The notes beneath the pieces were generated by a model, which made no database searches, was not told where the DNA came from, and saw only the letters and a list, made by a program, of their open reading frames with translations. From Squalus acanthias (Eukaryota), in contig CM059432.1 of NCBI GenBank assembly GCA_030390025.1, positions 132,868,001-132,928,000 of the forward strand: a DNA stretch of 60,000 nucleotides, given 5' to 3'. Shown in pieces: positions 50,041 through 60,000 of the stretch. The translations under genes and the position numbers were made by a program. Positions within the stretch are counted from its first letter, which is position 1; each line of letters begins with the position of its first letter.

Positions 50041-52743
50041 CCTTGATGCCACACTCAGTCAAATGCTGCCTTGATGTCAAGGGCAGTCACTCTCACCTCA
50101 CCTCTGGGATTCAGCTCCTTTGTCCATGTTTGGACCAAGGCTGTAATGAGGTCTGGAGCTGAGTGGTCTTGGCGGAACCTAAACTGAGCATCAGTGAGCA
50201 GGTTATTGGTGAGTAAGTGCTGCTTGATAGCACTGACGATGTCACCTTCCATCACTTTGCTGATGATTGAGAGTAGACTGATAGGCTGGTAATTGGCCGG
50301 ATTGGATTTGTCCTGCTTTTTGTGGACAGGACATACCTGGGCAGTTTTCCATATTGTCGGATAGATGCCAGTGTTGTAGCTGTACTGGAACAGCTTGGCT
50401 AGAGGCACGGCTAGTTCTGGAGCACAAGTCTTCAGCACGACAGCCAGGATGTGGTCGGGGCCCATAGCCTTTGCTGTATCCAGTGCACTCAGCCATTTCT
50501 TGATATCACGTGGAGTGAATCGAATTGGCTGAAGACTGGCTTCTGTGATGGTGAGGACCTCAAGAGTAGGCCGAGATAGATCATCCACTGGGCACTTCTG
50601 GATAAGATGGTTGCAAACGCTTCAGCCTTGTCTTTTAGCACTCGCGTACTGGGCTCCGCCATCATTGAGGATGGGGATATTCATGGAGCCTCCTCCTCCC
50701 GTTAGTTGTTTAATTATCCACTACCATTTACGACTGGGTGTGGCAGGACTGCAGAGCTTTGATCTGATCTGTTGATTGTGGGATCGCTTAGCCCTGTCTA
50801 TAGCACGCTTCTTCCACTTTTTAGCATGCATATAGTCCTGTGTTGCAGCTTCCCCAGGTTGGCACCTCATTTTTAAGTACACCTGGTGCTGCTCCTGGCA
50901 TGCTCTTCTACACTCCTTATTGAACCAGGGTTGGTCTCCTGGCTTGATGGTAATGGTAGAGTGAGGGATATGCCGGGCCATGAGATTACAGATTGTTGTG
51001 GGATACAATTCTGCTGCTGATGGCCCACAGCGCCTCATGGATGCCCAGTTTTGAGCTGCTAGATCTGTTCTGAATTTATCCCATTTAGCACGGTGGTAGT
51101 GCCATACAACACCATGGAGTGTGTCCTCAGTGTGAAGAAAGGTAGATTGGTGAGGACGAGTCAAGTAGGTTTTTCCCTCGTGTTGGTTCTCTCACCGCCT
51201 GTCGCAGGCCCAGACTGGCAGCTATGTCCTTCGGGACTCGGCCAGCTCGGTCAGTAGTGGTGCTACCCAGAGTACATTCTGTGCCCTTGCTACTCTCAGT
51301 GCTTTTTCCAAGTGGTGTTCAACATAGAGGAAAGATATGATTCTGTGAGTATGACTATGTCCGGCTGTTGCTTGACTAGTCTGTGGGACAGCTCTCCCAA
51401 TTTTGGCACAAGTCCCCAGATGTTGATGAGGAGGACTTTACAGGGTCGACTGGGCTGGGTGTGCCATTGCCATGTCCGTAGCCAGTGCTGAGGTCAATGC
51501 TAGGTGGTCTGTCCGGTTTCATTCTTATTGGGGGAAAAATTTAGTATCGCCCCGTTTGGGGCGCAATTTTTGGCCCGGCGCAAAGATTAGCGCCTAGCGC
51601 TAATTATCGCCTCTGACTGCAAACTTGACTTTTATTGCCCCTGGAGGTGATGAGTGCGCTAAATCAGGTGCTACACATCTGTCTTAAGGTGCAAAGGCCG
51701 AGGAGCGAGGCGCTAACTAAGAGCGCTGGCGAAGCTCATGTAATGTCAGTCAGCAATGGAACACAGACACAATGGCGCTGGCCAGTTCTTAAAGGGGAGG
51801 GTTGATCGTGCTTTCCATCCACAGCCTGCTCATTGCAGCCTTGAATCTCGGCCTGGAGAGACCTGAACATCAAATCTGCTGGAAATAAGAATGGAGAGGC
51901 CGAGGGAAAGAGCTCAGAGTGCAGCCCCACCCCACAGTCTCTTCTAAATCGATACAAGGTAGGGCAAATCAAAATGAACCTGCAAAGTGCTGCACAGTAC
52001 CCTAAAACTCCTTCACACAGCGTTGAATTTCTCCAGAAGACCCTCTCTCTCTCTTTCAGAATGCATGGTTCAAAAATGTCACCAACAAAAAAAGGCAGGA
52101 AGCGGTCACCTTTAAATAGCGCTCCCCCAGTCCCTTCCTGACTGCAAAACGCTCCCCTCAACCTGTCATTGCTAGCGGCAGGAGGTAAGGCAGGGGGCGC
52201 CACTCAATATCCGCTCCGGGGCGCTACCGGGGCGTTGCGCACTCTACTGACGTCACGATCTGCCGGCGCAGGAGATCGTGGCGGTAGCATTTAGCGCCAC
52301 CGCAAAATGTCTACTTAATTTCACGAGCGGCGCAAACATCGCCGCGCCCGGGCGCTAGTTGCTTTGCGCCCCATTAGCGCCCTCTTAAGGCGCTAACAGG
52401 AGGCACAACCAACTGAATTTTCCCCCATTATGTTTTGTAGTGGTTAGTTACAACTGAGTGGCTTGCTAGGCCATTTCAGAGGGCAGTTAAGAGTCAACCA
52501 CATTGCTGTGGGTCTGGAGTCACATATAGGCCAGACCAGGTAAGGACGGCAGATTTCCTTCCCTAAAGGACATTAGTGAACCAGGTGGGTTTCTGCTACA
52601 ATCCAATAGTTTCATGGTTACCATTACTGACACTAGCTTTTTATTCCAGATTTATTTAATTAACTGAATTCACGTCTCTGGATCATTAGTCCAGGCCTCT
52701 GGATTACTAGACCAGTGACATTACCACTACGCTACCGTTCCCT
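50041..52743 (-). mobile_element. 5' half of a second CR1-group LINE (tRNA/SINE-like head, endonuclease, start of RT), split by MITE 51530-52426
   Basis: NIWGLVPK...PDIVILTES, KAMGPDHI, KSNPANYQPISLLSIISKVME, ALDIKAAFD*VWHQG. Confidence 0.9.
51530..52426 (-). mobile_element. ~890-bp Harbinger MITE inserted in the 5' region of a LINE
   Basis: TIRs, TSD ATT/ATT. Confidence 0.93.
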
Positions 52744-52859
52744 TATTAAAAAGGTCACAAAAGTGGCTTTTCCCTGGAAACAGAAACGTGAACATTTTAA
52801 AATCGCAGCTCGCAGTGAAACACAAGGGAGTTTAAATTCTTCTGGTACCAAACTAGCTC

Positions 52860-53053
52860 ACGTTCGGCCCAACTGGTCCATGCTGGTGTTTATGCTCCAC
52901 AAAAGCCTCCTTCCACCTTACTTCATCTCATCCTATCAGCATATCCGCCTATTCCTTTTTTCCTCATGCACTTACCTCACTTCCCCTTAAAGGCATCCAA
53001 TGCTAATCGCCTCAACCATTCCATGTGGTAGCGAGTTCCACATTCTAACCACT
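52860..53053 (-). mobile_element. CR1 3' fragment
   Basis: Similar to 42850-43070. Confidence 0.75.
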
Positions 53054-53824
53054 GAGAAAAAAATTATATACATGTTTGTATAATACTTCTTAAATGTTAT
53101 TTTAATGCAGTAGCTTTTTTAAAAATGGGTCAACAACTGCAACAAATTAGCACGCAAAATGTCTTATCAAATGCCCTACCAGAAAAAGTAACCCCCAAAA
53201 TAGGTATATTTTCAGAAGTATCTTTAGATAAAATAACTGCATAGTGGCATTCATTTAATGTAGAAACTTAAAACAGGCGATCTTCAGCTGTTCCAACGCA
53301 AGGGACTGGGGCTGCTTTCATACTGTTCCATTATCTAGCCAATGAACACACATGGCTCTCCTCCAACTACATTGAAATGCTGAGGTATCAATAATTTGCA
53401 GCACATGAAACTATTGAACCAATCTTCAGAAAACAAGACTGATTCTCTCCAGTTTTCCAGTTAGGAACACTTTGGATGTGGGCAAGCTATGTTTTTATAT
53501 AAGGAAACTTAAAAAAGTAGTGCCAACTGCATCTTCCCCTGCAAGGTGAATATTAACTGTCCCAGAGTGCGGTGCAATTTATTTGTTAATAATTTTGCCT
53601 CTTCAATTATGGCCAGAGAAAGATATTGCTTGGATATCAAAATGACGACTGGACATGGACAACGTGCTATTGGCTTACGTGTGGTGGAATTTAATGCAAA
53701 TCATGTCTCAATTAAGACAAATAAACTAAATACTAAAGAACAAATTTGACTAGAATAATCCAGACTCTAAAAAAAGAAATAAAGAAAGGAATAAGGAGAA
53801 GACTTGCATTTATACAGTGCTGAA

Positions 53825-54770
53825 CCTTCCCTCCAACATAAGGTCAGAAATGGGGATGTTCGCTGATGACTGCAGTGTTCAGCACCATTCACAACTCCTC
53901 AGATAAGGAAGCAATCCATGCCCGCATGCAACAAGACCTGGACGACGTTCAGGCTTGGGCTGATAAGTGGTAGGTAACATTCGCGCCACAGAAGTGCCAG
54001 GCAATGACTATCTCCAACATGCGAGAGTCTAACCACCCCCCCTTGACAATCAACAGCATTACCATCGCCGAATCCCCCACCATCAACATCCTGGGGGGTC
54101 ACCATTGACCAGAAACTTAACTGGACCAGCCACATAAATACTGTGGCAACAATAGCAGGTCAGAGGCTAGGTATTCTGTGGCAAGTGTCTGACCTCCTGA
54201 CTCCCCAAAGCCTTTCTACCATCTACAAGGCACAAGTAAGGAGTGTGATGGAATACTCTCTACTTGCCTGGATGAGTGCAGCTGCAACAACACTCAAGAA
54301 GTTCGACACCATCCAGGACAAAGCTGCCCGCTTGATTGACACCCCATCCACCACCTTAAACATTTACTCCCTCCACCATCGGCGTACCGTGGCTGCAGTG
54401 TGTACCATCTACAAGATGTACTGCAGCAACTCACCAAGGCTTCTTCGGCAGCACCTCCCAAACCTGCGACCTCTACCACCTAGAAGGACAAGGGCAGCAG
54501 GTGCATGGGAACACCACCACCTCCAAGTTCCCCTCCAAGTCACACATCATCCTGACTTAGAAGTATATCGCCGATCCTTCATCGTCGCTGGGTCAAAATC
54601 CTGGAACTCCCTCCCTAACAGCACTGTGGGAGTACCATCACCACACGGACTGCAGTGGTTCAAGAAGGCGGCTCACCACCGCCTTCTCAAGGGTAATTAG
54701 GGGTGGGCAATAAATGCTGGCCTTGTCAGCAACGCCCACATCCCATAAAAAAATGAATAAATAAAAAAAT
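53825..54770 (+). mobile_element. 3' half of the same LINE family, on the opposite strand
   Basis: LPS..RSEMGMFADD, IYKAQVRSVMEYS, KSWNSLP, 3' UTR and A-rich tail. Confidence 0.9.
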
Positions 54771-55127
54771 AAAAATTTGAAGCAATTAAATCCAGCGTGG
54801 ATAATAATGAAAGAAAAATTGGGATTGTTGCTTTTTGTGCAGGTTGGGCACGTGACCGGAGAGCACCAGTTAGCTGGCTCTTTTCATCAATAAATGTCCG
54901 CAGACTGCTCTTGATTCTCTATATTGGAGTTTTACCTCCCTCCGCCAGGCGGAAACCAGGCAGAATTGGAGTTATAATCCCAGTGGTACACCTAATACTC
55001 TTTTATACTGCATTGTAGCTCTTTTAACGCTGTTGCCTTCTTTTTCTTCTATCGAAACCTGCCAAAATGCGTGTTTCTTTTTCAATCTTCAGCTCTGATG
55101 AAGGGTCACAGGCCTGATTGGTCAATA

Positions 55128-55315
55128 CCAACAATAAGTTACATTTATATAGCGCTTTTAATGTAGTAAAACATCCCAAGCGCTTCACAGGAGCGTTATC
55201 CGACCAAAAAATTGACACCGAGCCAAAGAAGGTGACATCAGCATCGGTGACCAAAAGCTTGGTCAAAGAGGTAGGTTTTAAGTAGCGTCGTGAAGGAGCT
55301 AGAGAGTGGCGAAGA
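55128..55315 (-). mobile_element. L2 3' end nested in a Penelope-derived repeat (~55090-55410)
   Basis: Same tail as 56078-56230; flanks resemble 18399-18546. Confidence 0.75.
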
Positions 55316-56077
55316 GGTTTTCTATCTGCAGGTACTGATTGATCTGTGTATTTCCAGCAGCTACTTTTTTTTAATTTCAGATTTCCAATATTTGCAGTTT
55401 TTTTTCTTTTTGCAATATCTATCCCATGGATCAACAATTTTTTCACAACAAAGTATTAACAGCCTGGGTTAACAGGTTTCCTTTACCCATTTCTCTCCCT
55501 TTTTTCCCCACACATGGACCAGAACAGAAAATGAACCTCCATTTGTCTGCAAACATTCACATTTTAATCCAGCGATCCTCACCAATTTTCTTCAGCAGCT
55601 AATTTGCGGTCAGCAACAGTACCTGTTTCATGCAGAAGGAGTTTCATGCAGAAGGAGAATAGCCTCATTTTAACCCTGCGCTATTTTAAACTATTTAAAA
55701 CTGAAGCCCGAAATTCCTACTGGGCCATGAGCAGCACCTCGATCGGGTAACTCTCTCCACAAGAGAGGCTGGTGGGATAACACACAGCTAACAAATGGGG
55801 TGAAATTCAGCTCAGCCATATTACTAGAAAAATGAAGATTTGTGTTAAGAATGCCACTTGGTGATGCCATGTGCCTGTGAAGTACAAACTTCACTTTCAC
55901 TCGTACTTTTGCACAAGTAATTTTTACACAGGAATGACTTCATGTTTAATATAAAATAAATTACCACTCTATGGTTTTTTTAACCTTACTTCCAACAGAT
56001 TGTACAGTACAGCAATTGTGTTATCATCTGTCCAGCTAGTTTCTCTACATGCAATATTAATAGTAATTTTCCACATG

Positions 56078-56768
56078 ACAACAACAACAACTTGTATTTA
56101 TATAGCGCCTTTAACGTAGTACAAAAAATTTGACACCGAGCCACATAAGGATAAATTAGGGCAGGTGACCAAAAGCTTGGTCAAAGAGGTAGGTTTTAAG
56201 GAGCGTCTTAAAGGAGGAAAGAGAGGTAGCGAGGCGGAGAGTTATAGGCAGGGAATTCCAGAGCTTAGGGCCTAGGCAACAGAAGGTACAGCAACCAAAG
56301 GTTGAGCGATTATAATCAGGGATCCTCAAGAGGGCAGAATTAGAGGAGCGCACATATCTTGAGGATTGTGGGGCTGGAGAAAATTACAGAGATAGGAAGG
56401 GGCGAGGCCATGGAGTGATTTGAAAATAAGGATGAGAATTTTGAAATCGAGGCGCTGCTTAACTGGGAGCCAATGTAGGTCAGTGAGCACAGGGGTGATG
56501 GGTGAACGGGACTTGGTGCGAGTTAGGACATGGGCAGCCGAGTTTTGGATGACCTCAAGTTTACGTAGGGTAGAATGTGGGAGGCCAGCCAGGAGTGCAT
56601 TGGAATAGTCAAGTCTAGAGGTAACAAAGGCATGGATGAGGGTTTCAGCAGCAGATCAGGTGAGGCAGGGGTGGAGACGGGCAATGTTACGGAGGTGGAA
56701 GTAGGCGGTCTTAGTTACGCTGCGGATATGTGGTCGGAACCTCATTTCAGGGTCAAATATGACACCAA
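56078..56768 (-). mobile_element. L2 LINE 3' fragment
   Basis: GPKLWNSLP...SFKTLLKTYLFDQAF; tail GGCGCTATATAAATACAAG(TTG)n. Confidence 0.85.
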
Positions 56769-57562
56769 GGGGGCAATTTTATGACTGGGGGCGTGTTGGA
56801 GGGAGGACTGCTGCTTGTCAGGTCGATGTCCCGCCTCCATCGATTTGTGGCCAACCCACGCTATTTTCCCTTGATTGACCTTATTAAGCTCACCCAGCGG
56901 GCTTAGCAGGCCAATTAAGGGAAAGCTGGTTGCAGAGCACTTCAACATATGATGTTTCATCTGTCAAAAATTTTTGACAGATGAATTGTCATCGTTTGAC
57001 TGCTCTGTGAAGCTGTCAAACACTGACATTCTCTGTAGTTTGATGAGGTCTTGAATACAAGACCTCATCAATCTTCTTTCTTTAACAGAATTGAGATGGT
57101 TGTTGCATCTGTGAATGCAATGGCCACCTGTCATTCCCAACGTGGAGGTCCGAGACTCTCCACATACAAACCAACTGAAGCCTGCAGGAAGAAACAAAGG
57201 TAAGTACACTTTTAAAAACACTTTGTACTTACCTCAGATACTCACCTCTACACTCTTGCGCCCATCACTCACCTCCACAGCACACTTTTGCACCCCCCCC
57301 CGACCCCCGCAGACCCAGTACTTGCCTCACTGAGCTGGCGGGTTTTGGAGCCTTCGGGAAACCCGCACTTGAGGGCAAAAAGGGGATAATCCTATTTTCT
57401 GCCTGTTAACTACCTGTTAGCAGGCAGTTAATAGGCTTTAATCCCTTCCCGCCTCCAAGGAGACGGGACCCGGCGCGGGACGGCTACCCGCCTCCCAGGA
57501 AGATGGGCACCCGCTCCCAAATTCTGCCATTTTCCCAGCAGTCCTGCCTCCATACTCGCCCC
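56769..57562. mobile_element. Harbinger-type MITE inserted in L2
   Basis: GGGGGCAATTTT...CTCGCCCCC; L2 sequence resumes (GGTTGCGAAC) after it. Confidence 0.65.
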
Positions 57563-57886
57563 CATAGGTTGCGAACTAAATTAAAATGCTCAATTTAAAC
57601 AAATGGAGCCCTACAATGTTGGTGACATTAAGGCAGAAGGGAGTTCACCTTATTACTTTCTTCTCCCATTCGAAGCATGGATGCGCATGTGAGAGTGATT
57701 TTGCTATGTTAGTTTAACTGCAATGTCTGTCTCCTAGTGGCTGGCAATGGGGAGCATGCATGTGGGTGTGCTCTCAAACCAATCCCCGCATCTGGCATTT
57801 GCATTTCGTCAACCGGCTCCAATGTGTTTATCACCAGGCTCACCACAGGCTACTACTTGGGTCCTGTTAGCTGTTTTAGACACTTT

Positions 57887-58153
57887 GGGGGCGATTTTAA
57901 CCCTACTCGCCCAGCAGAAACCCGGCAGGTGGGCAGTTAAAACCGCCCTGGCTCTCACCTGTCCGAAAGCTGCCATGATCGCAACATCTGCAATTTTAAC
58001 CTGCTCTCCTGAGCAGGCAGCAAGGACACACGCCCGGAGCCAACGGGGTCCTTCTTTACATAGGCATGTTGCGGCCTGATGACATCATTGAGACCCGACT
58101 GTAATTTTAACTCAGGTTTGAGCAGGGAATCCACCTGGAGTTAAAATCGGGCT
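57887..58153. mobile_element. Short MITE related to 12529-13133
   Basis: GGGGGCGATTTTAACCC...GTTAAAATCGGGC; the first ~200 bp are similar to 12535-12760. Confidence 0.75.
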
Positions 58154-58974
58154 TTTGTGACTATTAGCGATCAGTGGCAATTGGGAGTGAGCGAGAGAGA
58201 AAGAGAGAGGAAGAGAGAAGGGTGGCAATCTTGCAACACTGAATTAACACTTTTATGAAATAAAGCTGCTGCAGGTTATAAAAAGGGCCAGGAAGAACGC
58301 ACTTAGCTTTATTTGTGTTCAAGGTGGCGTTTAGAGATGCCAGTGGGTTAATTCCTGTTGTACTGTCAAGTGTTAGGCTCTAGCTAAGATACTTGTTTAT
58401 ATCTGAACAACTGTTTTTTTTAATAACCTGCCATAGGGCTATAATCTTACATTGCATTCCCTGAGGATTTAATTAGAACCATTTCCAAATCACTAGCATC
58501 TTTATAGGACAAGGGTAAAAAAAGGCAGTTCATAAAACTGTCAATTTACTGATAAATTAAAGAAAAAATATGTCTGCTTAGTGCTTCAGCAATTCTGTGC
58601 TGCTGGTACCAGCATTGGAAAGAATGAAATAAAGACAAGATAACAAGATACTGATGTATTGAAGATATTTAGGGTTAAAAATAATGTAAAGGAACATTTG
58701 TCAATTCTGTTCTTCATGTAGAAGGAATCGTTCAGAGAAGAAACTAGAATTTGGGAGTTGGCGTTATCTGAACCAAGACAGTTTGATGCACTTTATGAAG
58801 TAAATTATTGCCCAGGCCAATGATTTATACCAGAAGTCAAATACCATTTTTATTCTGAGATTTTTCACTGTTGTTTTGGGAATTGCGTTCTGCAACTTTG
58901 TTCCCTTTTCTTTCAAAGTTGAAAACTAGTGGCCTTGACTAGCGTGCTAAATATTTACCTCAGCTAAACCCTTA

Positions 58975-59747
58975 GGGGGAAAAATTCAGCTGCTTGCGCC
59001 TCCCGTTAGCGCCTTAAGAGGGCGCTAATGGGGCGTAAAGCAGCTAACGCCCGGGCGCAGCGCCGCCCACGCCTCCCGCAAAATTCAGCGGGAGGTTAGC
59101 GGCGGCGCCAGCCGGTAGCGCCCTGTGGCGCTGCGCCGCCGGCGATGATGTCATCGCCGTGCGCAGCACCCCGCTCGCGCTCCAGCCGCGATCTTCAGTC
59201 GCGCCCCCTGATTTACCGCCAGACGCTATGTCCGACGGGTTCAGGGAGGCGTACGTGCGGCCGGGGCGGCGATATTTAAAGGGGAGGTGGCAGGCGGCCA
59301 TTTTTGTTGCTGGCCGCCTGCCAGCACCTGCCCCCGTTGCTGTCCCCGGCCCCCGTGAAGCCCCCCCACCATGAAGTGCCAGCTGCGCTCCAAGAGCCCG
59401 GCACTTCTCTTGAGTGCCGGGCTCTTTTGCCGGCACTCCCGATCCCTGGGGGCCCAGCTGGGCCCCGGTTCGCGCTGCGCAGGGTCCCTCCCCTTTAAGA
59501 AGGGGAGGAAGGCCTGCAATACCGCGGCGCGACGTGCCGCAGCGCCTGGCGCTGCGGCACGTAGCGCCAGGATATTCCCTCGCAGCGCCCCAAGAGGGAT
59601 GCGGGGTGCTTCCAGTGGCGCCCCGCTTCCCTCTTGGGGCGCAACCACTGAAGTTCCGGCGCGGGGCCGCTAATTTTTTCGGGGCGCTACTTTTAGCGCC
59701 CCAGCGAGGTTAGCGCCCCAAATGGGGCGTGACTCAATTTTTAGCCC
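58975..59747 (+). mobile_element. GC/CpG-rich 773-bp Harbinger MITE with related ends but a different interior
   Basis: GGGGGAAAAAATTCAG...CTCAATTTTTAGCCC, TSD TTA/TTA; shares GCGCCTCCCGTTAGCGCCTTAAGAGGGCGCTAATGGGGCG and GCGCCCCAAATGGGGCG. Confidence 0.9.
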
Positions 59748-59924
59748 TTAGTGTCATGTAATATATGAAGCTTGAATGTCTTCCAACTTTTAAAAGATTG
59801 CGTTAAACAGTTAAGCCTTTGATTTTGGGAAGATTTGCCAGTTCATCTGGGACACTTTTTTTTGACAACTTGGACTTTAGAATATTATTTACAGAAACTC
59901 TTGGTATAAATCTTGAAGCAAATG

Positions 59925-60000
59925 TAAGAACATAAGAAATAGGAGCTGCAGTAGTCCATTTGGCCTTCGAGCCTGATCCACCATTCAACAAGATCATGGC
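59925..60000 (-). mobile_element. CR1 3' end running off the window
   Basis: TAAGAACATAAGAAATAGGAGC...GATCATGGC. Confidence 0.85.

Noticed and set aside
50041..54770. Twin-priming origin of the inverted LINE
   Set aside because: About 1.1 kb of unrelated sequence lies between the halves and no flanking TSD is visible
58975..59747. CpG-island promoter of a host gene
   Set aside because: The GC-rich block is bounded exactly by TIRs and a TTA duplication

Overview
This is vertebrate DNA, not prokaryotic. The repeat set (CR1 and L2 LINEs, Deu-domain-type SINEs, Penelope remnants, many PIF/Harbinger elements) points to a cartilaginous fish; this is an inference from the families. No host protein-coding gene can be recognised, and the window reads as intergenic or intronic sequence dominated by transposons. 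The centrepiece is a pair of young, near-identical, ~4.2-kb autonomous Harbinger transposons in inverted orientation (26898-31063 and 38326-42524). Each has an intact DDE transposase and a convergent 3-exon Myb/SANT-like gene. The 7.3 kb between them has been flipped: the TTG target duplication, a split Penelope repeat and a split SINE all rejoin only if 31064-38325 is reversed. The window also holds six MITEs sharing the autonomous element's ends, and four older Harbinger relics. Other elements are Penelope repeats with hammerhead-ribozyme cores, a LINE with a tRNA/SINE-like 5' head that is broken into opposite-strand halves, a 188-bp locally templated insertion and a 17/22-bp minisatellite. 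All calls were made by eye with no alignments or database searches.
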